Notes: a model not told the origin generated them from the letters alone. Positions 8,649-21,397 are shown, counted from the first letter of the stretch. The stretch: 64,000 nucleotides of DNA from Sphingobacteriales bacterium (GCA_021299095.1 JAJTFW010000002.1:138133-202132); one strand, 5' to 3'. Numbers and translations are program-made.

Positions 8649-8719
8649 GCGAAATATTGGTTGGTCAAAATTACGCGTAAAACAGCAATCTATCCATCAC
8701 TTCCAGGCAGGACTGTAAA

Positions 8720-9235
8720 TCAATCTGTCGATTTGGAGCCGCTATCAACCCGCATCCACGAAAGGCTTTCCAACAGACTATCAATAGCGTGCGCAAAACC
8801 GGACACATGCGCTGGCGGATTCACCTCCATGACTCTGATTATTCTCATTGCATGTGTTGAACGGACCTGCAGGTTCAAGCCGGGATAATCGGCAAGAAGG
8901 GGATTTACATAGGCTGAATCGGAGCGGGAGATTCCGGACGATCGAATCAGCTGCTTCAGTGAACGGATCTGGTGCTTCTCCAACTGGGCCTGCCATTGGC
9001 CCTTTCGATTTGTGTTCTTTTTACCGGTATACTTGACTAAACCGCCTTGGTAAATCGATGCCAGATACACGGGACAAGTCCCCATGCAGGGAGTTCGCTC
9101 GATAGAGACCAAGATCTCATCCTTTTTGAACGAGTGCTTCCCAAAGCCGGAGACGCCAGGGCTGCAAGAGACTTGAAAAAGCATCAAGACACAACCGAGC
9201 AGACAAAGTCTCTTGGGTGTCATCCGCTGGCTCAC
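8720..9235 (-). CDS. DUF6438-like lipoprotein
   Basis: Signal peptide with lipobox QVSC and the motif SIERTPCMGTCPVY. The GTG start overlaps the yidC stop; an alternative ATG is at 9223. Confidence 0.7.
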   Translation of the reverse strand: MSQRMTPKRLCLLGCVLMLFQVSCSPGVSGFGKHSFKKDEILVSIERTPCMGTCPVYLASIYQGGLVKYTGKKNTNRKGQWQAQLEKHQIRSLKQLIRSSGISRSDSAYVNPLLADYPGLNLQVRSTHAMRIIRVMEVNPPAHVSGFAHAIDSLLESLSWMRVDSGSKSTD

Positions 9236-11097
9236 TTCGGCATGTTGTATCCGCGATCCTTGGCCATTTTCTCAAGTCGCTGCTGAAACTTGGATTTGGT
9301 TTGGGATGCAGGTCGCTTTTTGTTTTCCTGAATCTTACGGTGAATCTCGTCTTCATCGACGAAAGCACGGAAAAGATATTGTTGACCTATACTAATCGTA
9401 TTGGCCAGGAAATAATAGTAGCTCAATCCAGCCGAATAGTTATTAAATACACCCAGGAAAATGATCGGCATCAGATACATCATCCACTTCATTTGCGGAT
9501 TGGTCATAGTGCTTTGACTATTCACCATCGTAATAAGCAGTGTTGAAACTGTCATCAGCAAAGTGAAGAGGCTCACGTGATCACCGTACCCCCAGATATG
9601 GAAAGGCAAATCGAGGATGGAATCGTAGGTACTCAAATCCTTCGCCCAGAGGAAACTCTCCTGGCGCAACTCGATAGATTGCGGAAAAAACCTAAACATG
9701 GCAATCAGGATGGGTAGTTGCAACAACATGGGTAGGCAACCACCCAAGGGACTGACGCCTGCTTTACGGTAGAGACCCATCATCTCCTGCTGCATCTTCA
9801 TCGGATCCTCCTTGTGTTTACCCTGAATCTCCTCCACTTCGGGACGCAACACCTTCATTTTAGCTTGAGATAGATACGCCTTGAAAGTGAAGGGTGAAAG
9901 CATAAGCTTGATCACCAAGGTCAGGACGAGGATGATAAGTCCATAATTCCAGTTGAAACTATTCAAGAAATTGAAAATTGGAATGACGATGAATCTGTTC
10001 ACCCAACCGAAAATGCCCCAACCCAGCGGAATCTGTTTTTCGAGATGATCACCTGCTGCTCGCAGGTATTGGTAATGGTTCGGTCCCAGGTAGAAGTGCA
10101 TGGCCACTTCTTCAGTTGGGGCATGGCGATAGGGCAAGGTGAATGAGGCCTTCATCGCCTTTACAAACGTATCGGTCTCGAGACCGGATACAGTGCTGAT
10201 GCGGGTAGGCTTATCGAATGCGTCTTCAGCTACCAGTACCTGGGTGAAGAACTGCTGCTTCATTGACACCCACTTCAACCTGGTCTTGATCTCATCCTGA
10301 TCATCGCTGGTTTCACTTAGGGATTCTACTTCGGCATCATCGTCTGCAAACATGTAATACACCGTCGAGTTGTTGCGCTCCGTTACGATGTCACCCTCCT
10401 GGGGCTGCAAATGCTGTGACCATCCCAACTCCACATATTGTGTATTGGAGGCTATGATATCCTGAACGCCGACAAAGCGGACGTCAAACCCGAGCTTATA
10501 TCCCTGACCGGAGATGGTATATACATATTCGATATACTTTGTCGTATCACCGGCATACAGGCGCATGGACAGTGTGGCTGAATCCCCAGCTGAAACCTTC
10601 AGATCCTGACCAGTTGACGCATAATACAATTCACCCGTGTTGATGATGCGATTCCGCGCGAAGAAATTCAACTCGAAGCGCGTTGAGTCGCCATCGAACA
10701 GCGTAACAGGTTTTCCAGCAGAAGTCTTGTATTTCTTTAGTTCCACCTCTCGGATACGTCCGCCTAAGGAAGAAACAGAAACTTTCATGTCCTCATTCTC
10801 CAGAACAATGATTTTGTCCTCACCCTTACTTGCCGAAGCAAATGGACCGAGCAAATCATTCATTCGGGCCGTACGGGTGGAATCGTCGACAACAGCGGTG
10901 TCAACTGCAGACTGAGCAGGGGCACGAGATGCCAATGCCTGCTGTTTTGCTTTCAGTGCGGAAGCCTCGACGCGCTCCACGCTGTCGCGCCGACGCTGTA
11001 TGGCATCGAGCTCCTCTTGTGAGGGGGCTGTAAAAATGCTGTAACCGATGAGTACCAGGCCGATAAGAAACAGCCCGATCATTGACTGACGATCCAT
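9232..11097 (-). CDS. yidC: Membrane protein insertase YidC
   Basis: N-terminal TM and large periplasmic domain. Motifs LGWGIFGWVN, SQAKMKVLRPE and GGCLPMLLQLPIL. TATTTTTG -7 element at 11116-11123. Confidence 0.97.
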   Translation of the reverse strand: MDRQSMIGLFLIGLVLIGYSIFTAPSQEELDAIQRRRDSVERVEASALKAKQQALASRAPAQSAVDTAVVDDSTRTARMNDLLGPFASASKGEDKIIVLENEDMKVSVSSLGGRIREVELKKYKTSAGKPVTLFDGDSTRFELNFFARNRIINTGELYYASTGQDLKVSAGDSATLSMRLYAGDTTKYIEYVYTISGQGYKLGFDVRFVGVQDIIASNTQYVELGWSQHLQPQEGDIVTERNNSTVYYMFADDDAEVESLSETSDDQDEIKTRLKWVSMKQQFFTQVLVAEDAFDKPTRISTVSGLETDTFVKAMKASFTLPYRHAPTEEVAMHFYLGPNHYQYLRAAGDHLEKQIPLGWGIFGWVNRFIVIPIFNFLNSFNWNYGLIILVLTLVIKLMLSPFTFKAYLSQAKMKVLRPEVEEIQGKHKEDPMKMQQEMMGLYRKAGVSPLGGCLPMLLQLPILIAMFRFFPQSIELRQESFLWAKDLSTYDSILDLPFHIWGYGDHVSLFTLLMTVSTLLITMVNSQSTMTNPQMKWMMYLMPIIFLGVFNNYSAGLSYYYFLANTISIGQQYLFRAFVDEDEIHRKIQENKKRPASQTKSKFQQRLEKMAKDRGYNMPK

Positions 11098-11157
11098 GAA
11101 GGGAAATTAGGTCGACAAAAATAGTCAACCGGGCGGTAGGCGCCGACCCCAAATGAC

Positions 11158-12921
<1,764 letters not shown>

Positions 12922-13133
12922 TTATGTAAATATTTGTTAATGAGGAATGAACGGTGTAAAAAAGACTGATTTACCCTCGAAAATCTGCCCGATATGCCAG
13001 AGGCCTTTTACCTGGAGGAAGCGCTGGGAGCGAAACTGGAATGAAATAAAGTACTGTAGTGAGCGCTGCCGTCGGAACAAATCCGGCTGTTAATCTGTTC
13101 TTGTTTCGAGTCTTAACACTTTCAACACAAAAC

Positions 13134-13595
13134 ATGCGTATCCTGGAAAGCAAACAGTTTTTACCGATTCCAATCGAACAGGCCTGGGAATTTTTCTCCT
13201 CGCCCGAAAACCTGAACGCCATTACGCCACCCCACATGGGATTCAAAATCCTGTCGGGCTTTGAATCCGGGCAAAAAATGCATGCCGGCATGGTGATTCG
13301 ATACCTGGTTAGTCCAATTGCAGGTATCCCCATGAACTGGGTCACCGAAATCACCCATGTAGACCATCTGCATTTCTTCGTTGACGAACAGCGTTTCGGT
13401 CCGTATGCATTCTGGCACCACCAGCATATTTTCCGTGCCACTGCAGGCGGGACAGAAATGACAGACATTGTTCACTACAAAGTCCCATTGGGCCCACTTG
13501 GACTTCTTGCGGACTGGCTATTTGTGAGACGGCAGGTGCAGTCGATTTTCGATTTCAGGACGAAAAAACTGGAAGCCCTGTTCCCAGTGAACTAA
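13134..13595 (+). CDS. SRPBCC family protein
   Basis: AWEFFSSPENLNAITPP, WVTEITHV and FVDEQRFGPYAFWHHQH. The ATG is preceded by an A-rich leader. Confidence 0.85.
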   Translation: MRILESKQFLPIPIEQAWEFFSSPENLNAITPPHMGFKILSGFESGQKMHAGMVIRYLVSPIAGIPMNWVTEITHVDHLHFFVDEQRFGPYAFWHHQHIFRATAGGTEMTDIVHYKVPLGPLGLLADWLFVRRQVQSIFDFRTKKLEALFPVN

Positions 13596-13672
13596 ACCCT
13601 TCACCACGTTTGTAAACGGATACAAATCCGAATTAAAGGTGCTTTCGAACCGCGGTGACCTAGGTTTGCCGG

Positions 13673-14998
13673 GTGATCTCCGAAGAATTCCTTTATTTCC
13701 TGTGGTCAAACAGGCTTTTCAACCCTTCTGCGTTGAGGCTTTGCACCGGAGAGCCTGTCGATATCCTGCATCCGGGTTTTCGGAATACAGGCAGCGGACC
13801 GGATTTCATCCAATCGAAAATCAGAATTGACGGACTTATCTGGGCCGGAAGTGTTGAGATTCATGTACTTGCCGACGATTGGAACAAACACGGCCATCAC
13901 AAAGATCCTGCATACAATCCGGTCATTCTCCATGCCGTTCATGAATCAAACGCGGAGGTGAAGACGCAGCTCGGCTCTTCACCACCCACCCTGGCACTAA
14001 AAGGGGCCTATGACCCCACTCTTCTTGAACGTTTTCAACGATTAACGCATGGTTTAGATCGTATTCCATGTGCCGGGCAGCTGAATTCCGTACCCGCTCT
14101 GGTAAAGGCAGATGTGATGGCCAAAATGCTTGTGGAAAGGCTCCAGGATAAAATCAGCCGGATGAATCAAATAAAAGGTCAGGATGAAAAAGAATGGCCT
14201 GAATTACTGTACCGGTTACTGGGTCGCGCGATGGGATTTCGCACCAACGCTGAGGGATTCGATTGGCTCTGCAACCAACTACCCTATGCCATTATAAAAC
14301 GAAACCGCACTGATCCGGAAACAGTTGAGGCCCTCTTATTTGGTACATCGGGTCTTCTTCAAATTGCAGATGCCGAACCCTATACAAACCGCTTACTGAA
14401 AACGTGGCAGCGCCTCCAACGGCACTACCGAATCGACCCCATACCAGCCCACGCATGGACCTTTGGAAGTGTACGGCCAAGCAATTTCCCAACTCTCCGC
14501 ATTGCACAATTCGCATCCCTGCTGAGCTCTGGTGCCGATCTGTTTGATAGCGTAAGGGATACTATTCAATTGAGTGAAATGACAAGTCGCCTTGACACAA
14601 GTGCATCGGACTATTGGCATCTTCACTATCGGTTCGGACATCCATCGCCCACACGATCGGGCAGAATGGGCAAGGATGCGCTGTACGCATTGGTGATCAA
14701 TGCCATCGCACCGTTTTTATTCTATTATGGAAAGATGCGCCATTCACCACTCCTATGCGATAAAGCACTGTGTTGGTTGGAGGCGACTCCGGCTGAATCC
14801 AACCGAATTACGCGCATGTGGAGCGAACTGGGTTGGATTGCCACTTCTGCAGCTGAAAGCCAGGCTCAATTCAGGTTAAAACACAGCCAATGCGATTATA
14901 GGCTATGTATCCGATGTGGTATCGGACAAGAACTAATCAGGTGTGTACCACATCAAACGCGATTCCAACGCGAGGTGATATCTTCGCAACAGGCATGA
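13673..14998 (+). CDS. DUF2851 family protein
   Basis: EEFLYFLW, GPDF, WAGSVEIHV..DW..HGH..DPAYNPVILH, RPSNFPTLRIAQ and a C-terminal C..C.RC.IG motif. Confidence 0.85.
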   Translation: MISEEFLYFLWSNRLFNPSALRLCTGEPVDILHPGFRNTGSGPDFIQSKIRIDGLIWAGSVEIHVLADDWNKHGHHKDPAYNPVILHAVHESNAEVKTQLGSSPPTLALKGAYDPTLLERFQRLTHGLDRIPCAGQLNSVPALVKADVMAKMLVERLQDKISRMNQIKGQDEKEWPELLYRLLGRAMGFRTNAEGFDWLCNQLPYAIIKRNRTDPETVEALLFGTSGLLQIADAEPYTNRLLKTWQRLQRHYRIDPIPAHAWTFGSVRPSNFPTLRIAQFASLLSSGADLFDSVRDTIQLSEMTSRLDTSASDYWHLHYRFGHPSPTRSGRMGKDALYALVINAIAPFLFYYGKMRHSPLLCDKALCWLEATPAESNRITRMWSELGWIATSAAESQAQFRLKHSQCDYRLCIRCGIGQELIRCVPHQTRFQREVISSQQA

Positions 14999-15900
14999 AC
15001 ATCCTAATTACCGGTGCGAACGGATTACTGGGCCAAAAGCTCGTGCTGCGCCTGTGCACCGAAGCGAATGTTGTTTTGTTTGCCACCGGAAGAGGTCCCT
15101 GTCGAATCCGGTCTGCTACAGGCTTCACGTATTTGGAAGCGGACTTACTTGACAAGTCAACTCTGGAACGACTTTTTGAGGAAGTCCGACCCGATTGCGT
15201 TATTCACACAGCCGCCATGACCGATGTGGATGCCTGTGAACGCGACCCAGCGGCGTGTCAATTGAACAACACGGACTGCGTACGCCTGCTCACCGAACTT
15301 TGCAACGCTAATGGAACACATTTCATCCACCTCAGTACGGATTTTGTGTTTGACGGACGCAATGGACCTTATCGGGAAGAAGATCCGATTGGCCCCTTGA
15401 GTGAATATGCAAGAAGCAAGGCCGCAGCTGAGGAGGTTGTGCGAGAAGCGGGCATCCCATGGACCATCATCCGTACAATGATCATTTATGGTGTAACCGA
15501 CGATCAACAGCGATCGAACGTCGTATTATGGACTAAGCGCTCTTTGGAGGAAGGAAAAGACATCCGTGTCATCTCCGATCAATACCGGGGACCAACCCTT
15601 GCCGAAGACCTCGCAAATGCCTGCGCAACAGCTGCATTGAACACAGTGACCGGGCTATTTCATGTTTCGGGACGTGAGGTGTTGTCGATTTTGGAGATCG
15701 CACAACGAACCGCCCGATTTTTCAACCTCGATGAGCACCACATTTCTCCTGTCACCACAGAAGAACTGGCCCAGGCTGCAAAGCGCCCCTTGCGAACGGG
15801 ATTCATCATCAGCAAAGCAGAGCAAGAACTCAATTATCAACCACACAGCCTGGAGGAAGGCCTGGAAATCGTCCGCTCACAACTCAAAGGCAGACAATAA
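14995..15900 (+). CDS. dTDP-4-dehydrorhamnose reductase-like SDR (RmlD/RfbD family)
   Basis: ILITGANGLLG, HTAAMTDVDACE, STDFVFDG and YARSK (YxxxK). ATGA overlap with the upstream stop. Confidence 0.85.
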   Translation: MNILITGANGLLGQKLVLRLCTEANVVLFATGRGPCRIRSATGFTYLEADLLDKSTLERLFEEVRPDCVIHTAAMTDVDACERDPAACQLNNTDCVRLLTELCNANGTHFIHLSTDFVFDGRNGPYREEDPIGPLSEYARSKAAAEEVVREAGIPWTIIRTMIIYGVTDDQQRSNVVLWTKRSLEEGKDIRVISDQYRGPTLAEDLANACATAALNTVTGLFHVSGREVLSILEIAQRTARFFNLDEHHISPVTTEELAQAAKRPLRTGFIISKAEQELNYQPHSLEEGLEIVRSQLKGRQ

Positions 15901-15907
15901 AACCATT

Positions 15908-15953
15908 CCATAAAAACAGAAGGCCGGCAATTGCCGGCCTTCTGTTTTTATGG
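15908..15953. terminator. Bidirectional terminator (perfect 46-bp palindrome)
   Basis: ccataaaaacagaaggccggcaa|ttgccggccttctgtttttatgg, between the convergent SDR and secDF genes. Confidence 0.9.
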
Positions 15954-15966
15954 GCAAGAGGTCTTT

Positions 15967-18960
15967 TTACTTTTTATCCGCAGGAGCCTTATCGAAATCG
16001 ACAACGACAGGAGCCGCAATACAAAGTGAACTATAGGTACCAACGACGATACCGACGAGCAGTGCGAATGTAAATCCACGAATCACATCGCCACCAAAGA
16101 TGAATATCGCAAGCAGTACGAAGAAGGTTGTTAGCGAAGTATTCAAGGTACGGCTCAACGTGGAGTTCAATGCATTGTTGATTACAAGCTTTTTGTCCAT
16201 GTTGGGATGAATACCAAGGTATTCACGAATCCTATCGAACACCACCACGGTATCGGTCATGGAGTAACCCATTACCGTTAGGATAGCTGCAATAAAATCC
16301 TGGTTGATTTCCAATGTAAATGGCAGGATACCATTAAATATGGAGAAGATGGACAGAATCAGTGCAACGTCGTGGACCAAGGCAAGGGTAGCGCCGAGTC
16401 CGAACTGCCATTTGCGGAAACGCACCAAGATGTAAATGAACATCAATGCACATCCCAAGAGAATTGACCAGACGGCAGAGGTCTTGATGTCATCTGCAAC
16501 GGTCGGACCTACCTTCTGAGAATTGATGATCTTCTGGCTCTTGAAATCCGCATCGGAAACACCGGAATAATACCCCTTGGTTCCCTCATACAAGGCAGCG
16601 ATGACCTTTGCTTCTGCCTCAGCGGAGTTTTCTTCAATGAGGTAGTCGGTCGTGATTTTGAGACGGTTGTCGGTTCCGAAGGTTTTTACATCGGGTGCCT
16701 CACCGAAGGTTTTCGCCAAGGAAGCGCGCACTTCAGGGGTGGCAACACTCTTGTCAAACTGCACCACATAGGTCCTTCCACCGTCAAAGTCGACTCCAAA
16801 GTTGAAGCCTTTGATAGCGATCGATGCGATACCCGCAACGATAACCATTCCCGACACGATGTAATATAGTTTGCGATTCTTGACGAACTGGAAATTGATG
16901 TTCTTGTAGGCGTCCTTGGAGAAACCATTCCAGAAAGAAATCTCCTTGTTACCATCAAGCATCCATTCAAACACCAACCGACTAATGAAGATGGCACTGA
17001 ACAGCGAACAGAGGATACCAATGATCAATGTTGTTGCAAAGCCCTGGACCGGTCCGCTACCGAATGAATACAAGATGATACCCAGCAGCAAGGTGGTCAC
17101 GTTGGAGTCGATGATGGAACTCAATGCATGACGGTATCCGTCAGACACAGCCAACTTGACACCTTTACCCATCTTCAATTCCTCGCGTATACGCTCGAAA
17201 ATGAGGATGTTGGCATCAACAGAAAGAGCGATGATGAGGACGATACCGGCAATACCGGGCAGGGTTAGTACTGCACCAAGGGACGCAAGCACCCCGATGA
17301 TGAAGAACATATTGCAGATGAGCGCAAAATCGGCTACAAATCCGGCTTTATTGTAATAAAACACCATGAAGGCGAATACCACCAGAAGGGCGACCAGGAA
17401 AGAAGAAAGACCATTGGAAATCGCTTCCTTTCCGAGTGATGGACCTACGACAGCTTCTTCGACAATACGGGCGGGCGCAGGCAATTTACCAGCCTTCAGG
17501 ATATTGGCCAGGTCTTTCGCCTCATTGATTTCGAAATTACCGGTAATACTAGAGCTGCCGCCGGCGATTTCACCCTGTACCGTTGGGAAACTGTAGACAT
17601 AGTCATCAAGGACGATGGCAATCGACTTTCCGATATTTTCACCTGTCATGCGTTTCCACACTTTGGCTCCATCGGGGTTCATGCGCATGCTGATTTCGGG
17701 CTTGCTGTTGAATTGACCGAAATCTTGGCGTGCATCCGAAATGGCGGATCCGTCGAGCGGTGACTTTCCGTCGCGGCTGGTCACTTTGATACCAATGAGT
17801 TCGAGTGACTGTGATTCAGCCGTACGCGGCTTGACAGTCCACAGCAAACGCAGGTTCTTAGGCATAGCCGCTTTTACATCGTCGCGACTAAAAATTGCAT
17901 TAACACGGGATGTATCCTTGATGAGCGAATAGCCAATAATGCACTGCTTATCCGCTGCGTTTTTCTCGTCCTGGGTGCGAACCTGACCATCGGCCGGGAA
18001 CATCACTGCGAACAATGGATTCTCCTTTGCAAATTCCTCAAAAGATTTCTGAGCGCTTGTATCCTTGGCAGCCGTTGTATCGGTGCCCATTTTGCTCAAC
18101 AGATCGTTGGCATTCGCCGAGTCGGCCGTAGCAGTAGTTGTGGTATCGGTACTGACTGTGTTGACAGCAGCGGCTGAATCGCGCTTGGCGGACTCAACCA
18201 GCAATTTGTTCACGGCGACCAAGCCAGGAGCAACCTCTCCGAAGTTATACGTCTCCCAGAATTCGAGTTTCGCAGTTCCCTGGAGGAGTTTGCGAACACG
18301 CTCGGGTTCCTTCACACCTGGTAATTCAACCAGGATACGGCCCGAACCCAACTGTTGGATATTGGGCTGCGTGACACCAAACTTGTCGATACGTGTTCGA
18401 AGAATGTTGAATGAACGACTGATGGCCGCATCGGACTCATCCTTGAGAACCTTCAATACTTGCTCGTTGGTCGAGTTGAAATTGATCTTGTCTTGGTTCT
18501 CGATGTTGGCGAAAACGGCAGCAAGGCTTCCGTTGGGATCGATTTCCTGGTGTGCCTGTCCAAAGAGCGTGACAAAATCTTTGTTTGAGTTCCGCTGGAG
18601 CTCAAGTGCACGATCAATGGTTTTGGTAAACACGGGCTCACCGGCATTTTGACCGGCCATGGATCGTACAAGGTCAACCACGGAAACTTCCATGGTCACG
18701 TTCATCCCTCCTTTTAAGTCAAGGCCGAGATTCAGCTCCCGCTCCTTGCACTCACGGTAGGTATATTCCTTGACCCCGAGATTGTAGACCCCTTTGGGTC
18801 CAATAGAATCGAGGTAGTTCTTTTCTTTTTCCACATCGCCATTGGCATACGCCTTTGCATCGGCCTCCACGCTGCGCGTTACCAGAGTAAAAGAGATCTG
18901 GTAGAGGCAGACGAGGGCCAGAGTGATGGCAAACAGCCGGATCGCACCTTTGCTTTGCAT
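15967..18960 (-). CDS. secDF: Protein translocase subunit SecDF (fused)
   Basis: LGLDLKGG, RIDKFGVTQPNIQ, VGPSLG, VDANILIFERIREE, GVDFDGG and DTVVVFDRIRE. TATATTTG -7 element at 18988-18995. Confidence 0.98.
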   Translation of the reverse strand: MQSKGAIRLFAITLALVCLYQISFTLVTRSVEADAKAYANGDVEKEKNYLDSIGPKGVYNLGVKEYTYRECKERELNLGLDLKGGMNVTMEVSVVDLVRSMAGQNAGEPVFTKTIDRALELQRNSNKDFVTLFGQAHQEIDPNGSLAAVFANIENQDKINFNSTNEQVLKVLKDESDAAISRSFNILRTRIDKFGVTQPNIQQLGSGRILVELPGVKEPERVRKLLQGTAKLEFWETYNFGEVAPGLVAVNKLLVESAKRDSAAAVNTVSTDTTTTATADSANANDLLSKMGTDTTAAKDTSAQKSFEEFAKENPLFAVMFPADGQVRTQDEKNAADKQCIIGYSLIKDTSRVNAIFSRDDVKAAMPKNLRLLWTVKPRTAESQSLELIGIKVTSRDGKSPLDGSAISDARQDFGQFNSKPEISMRMNPDGAKVWKRMTGENIGKSIAIVLDDYVYSFPTVQGEIAGGSSSITGNFEINEAKDLANILKAGKLPAPARIVEEAVVGPSLGKEAISNGLSSFLVALLVVFAFMVFYYNKAGFVADFALICNMFFIIGVLASLGAVLTLPGIAGIVLIIALSVDANILIFERIREELKMGKGVKLAVSDGYRHALSSIIDSNVTTLLLGIILYSFGSGPVQGFATTLIIGILCSLFSAIFISRLVFEWMLDGNKEISFWNGFSKDAYKNINFQFVKNRKLYYIVSGMVIVAGIASIAIKGFNFGVDFDGGRTYVVQFDKSVATPEVRASLAKTFGEAPDVKTFGTDNRLKITTDYLIEENSAEAEAKVIAALYEGTKGYYSGVSDADFKSQKIINSQKVGPTVADDIKTSAVWSILLGCALMFIYILVRFRKWQFGLGATLALVHDVALILSIFSIFNGILPFTLEINQDFIAAILTVMGYSMTDTVVVFDRIREYLGIHPNMDKKLVINNALNSTLSRTLNTSLTTFFVLLAIFIFGGDVIRGFTFALLVGIVVGTYSSLCIAAPVVVDFDKAPADKK

Positions 18961-19150
18961 TGATTTCAGGGTTGGTTATAGAGCGGGCAAATATAGGCCA
19001 AAGGGGCTTAAGAAACAATCGGTTATGGACTAAAACAAGAGCCGCACCATTAAACCAAGTCTTTATCCTTCAGGACATTAACCCATGACCCATAGACACA
19101 CATTGGAGATTGGGGTGGTTTCCGAGATAGAATTGGTCTATTTTCGGAGC

Positions 19151-20275
19151 GTGCCCCTGCAAATCATCATCAGTGCGACTTCCGACTTGCTTAGTGACCA
19201 GCGGGTACATAGAACCGCCTCGGCGCTCAAAGAAGACGGACATAAAATCCTGGTCATTGGCCGAAAGCTGAGGAATTCGCCCGAACTCCCGGCCCGGAGG
19301 TACCGATGTTTCCGCATGCGACTTCCGGTTGAACGGGGGCCCTTGTTTTACCTGATTTTCAACCTGAAGCTAGCCTGGATGCTGTTCTGGTCAAAAGCCG
19401 ATGTCCTGTTCAGCAACGACTTGGATACCTTGGCTGCGAACTACCTTGTTTCTCGACTTCGAAATATTCCGCTTGTTTACGACAGCCACGAGTATTTCAC
19501 CGGAGTACCCGAATTAGCGAATCGCCCACGTGTAAAAATGGTCTGGAAATGGCTGGAGCGACGCATTGTTCCGCACTTAAAGCATTGTATTACGGTAAAT
19601 GCAAGCATCGCAAAACTCTATTTCGATGAGTACAGCGTTCCATTCGAGGTCATTCGCAACGTTCCGGAGCCAATAACAATCGCTCTGCCGGAACGCGGCA
19701 TCTTACGGAAATCGTTGGGGCTTCCGATTGACAAACCAATCCTGATTTTGCAGGGAGCCGGAATCAATATTCAACGCGGTGCTGAAGAAGCCGTTGAATC
19801 GATGAAGCTCTTGTCCGATTATCTATTGCTCATAGTTGGATCAGGCGATGTCATTCCCCAACTGAAACAGACCGTGCTTGATGAGGGACTTTCGGATCGT
19901 ATCCGATTCATTGACCGTATGCCTCCATCAGAATTGAAACGATTTACAGCCGCCGCCGATATCGGACTTAGCCTAGACAAAGACACCAACATCAACTACC
20001 GCTTCAGTCTGCCCAACAAACTGTTTGACTACCTGCACGCCGGAATCCCGGTCGTAGCCAGCAATTTACCGGAGGTTGCCGCCGTTGTTACGCAGTACCA
20101 AGTAGGTCAGGTAATTGCGAATCATACGCCTGATCATATCGCCCAGTGCGTTCGGGAAGTTTACAAAGGCCTTGAAAACGGCATATACAAGGCTGGAATC
20201 GAAAAGGCCTGCAACGAATTGAATTGGAACGAAGAGAGGAAACAGTTACTTCAGATGATTAAAAGTCTTGCCTGA
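19151..20275 (+). CDS. Glycosyltransferase family 4 (GT-B)
   Basis: SDLLSDQRVHR, YDSHEYF and SLPNKLFDYLHAGIPVVASNLPE. GTG at 19151 is preferred; ATG at 19085 is possible. Confidence 0.88.
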   Translation: MPLQIIISATSDLLSDQRVHRTASALKEDGHKILVIGRKLRNSPELPARRYRCFRMRLPVERGPLFYLIFNLKLAWMLFWSKADVLFSNDLDTLAANYLVSRLRNIPLVYDSHEYFTGVPELANRPRVKMVWKWLERRIVPHLKHCITVNASIAKLYFDEYSVPFEVIRNVPEPITIALPERGILRKSLGLPIDKPILILQGAGINIQRGAEEAVESMKLLSDYLLLIVGSGDVIPQLKQTVLDEGLSDRIRFIDRMPPSELKRFTAAADIGLSLDKDTNINYRFSLPNKLFDYLHAGIPVVASNLPEVAAVVTQYQVGQVIANHTPDHIAQCVREVYKGLENGIYKAGIEKACNELNWNEERKQLLQMIKSLA

Positions 20276-21389
20276 TCGCAATTTGCATATCGTCTCTTTT
20301 GATGTCCCCTGGCCTGCAGACTACGGAGGTGTCATTGACGTTTACCACAAGATCCGACACCTCAGGCTGTTGGGCTGGGAGGTTACCCTGCATTGCTACC
20401 GGAGGCAAAGACCAGAGAGCGATAAGCTTGAGTCTTTGTGCAAAGAGGTTTTCTATTACAACCGAAACACCTCTTTGCTGAGTCATTTGAAAAAGAGCCC
20501 ATTCATTGCAGCCAGCCGCAACAGCGAGCTGCTGGTGAAGCGCTTGATCGAAACAGACTCACCTATCCTACTTGAGGGACTTCATTGCTGTGCACCATTG
20601 AAGATACTATCCGGTTGCTCGAAGAATGTTTATGTGCGCACACACAACATCGAACATGACTATTATGGCGGCCTTGCGCGAAGCACCCGGAATCCAATTA
20701 AATCGGTCTTTTTCCGCAGCGAGGCCCGAAAGCTAAAAAAATACGAACGTGTTCTTACCGCAGCACATGGAATAGCGTGTATTTCACCGGACGACGCAAG
20801 GCATTTCAATTCCATCAATGCGAACAGCCATTTCATCGGTCCTTTTCATCCCCACGACATGGTCAGCTCAGCTGCAGGGCGTGGCGATTTTATGCTCTAC
20901 CATGGTGCACTTTCGGTACCGGAAAACCAGGCTGCTGTTCGTTGGTTATTGAGCGATGTAATGCCAAATACTGACAACGAACTTATCATTGCCGGTAAGA
21001 ACCCTCCGAATTGGATGGCGCAACACATCCGACGACTTGACCGGGTAAGCTTGATTGCCAATCCAGACAAGCTCGAGCTCGATCAACTGATTCGAGATGC
21101 ACAAGTACATCTCTTACCGTCGACGCAGTCCACCGGCGTCAAACTCAAGTTGATTCATGCGTTGTTTTCCGGCAGACACGTTGTGGCAAATGAGTTGATG
21201 GTAGCAGGAACCGGGCTTGAATCATTTTGTCACATGGCAGTATCGGGAAAAGAATTTGCTTTGCGTGCCGACGAGCTGATGCAAAAACCATTCTCTGCTA
21301 CAGATACTTCAGAAAGAAAAAGCCTCGAAACTTCCGGATATTCAAACCGGCTCAATGCAGAGAAACTCAGCAAAATGCTGCTGGTCTGA
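20268..21389 (+). CDS. Glycosyltransferase (GT-B, family 4-like)
   Basis: HIVSFDVPWPADYGGVIDVY, HNIEHDYY and TGVKLKLIHAL. Overlaps the upstream glycosyltransferase. Confidence 0.82.
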   Translation: MPDRNLHIVSFDVPWPADYGGVIDVYHKIRHLRLLGWEVTLHCYRRQRPESDKLESLCKEVFYYNRNTSLLSHLKKSPFIAASRNSELLVKRLIETDSPILLEGLHCCAPLKILSGCSKNVYVRTHNIEHDYYGGLARSTRNPIKSVFFRSEARKLKKYERVLTAAHGIACISPDDARHFNSINANSHFIGPFHPHDMVSSAAGRGDFMLYHGALSVPENQAAVRWLLSDVMPNTDNELIIAGKNPPNWMAQHIRRLDRVSLIANPDKLELDQLIRDAQVHLLPSTQSTGVKLKLIHALFSGRHVVANELMVAGTGLESFCHMAVSGKEFALRADELMQKPFSATDTSERKSLETSGYSNRLNAEKLSKMLLV

Positions 21390-21397
21390 ACGACCCA

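Noticed and set aside
18065..18652. Long antisense ORFs (e.g. opposite secDF, pyrG 11605-12153, ppk1 43582-44202, mreB 52825-53331, uxs 62889-63515)
   Set aside because: They are shadow frames of conserved genes and have no recognisable motifs.
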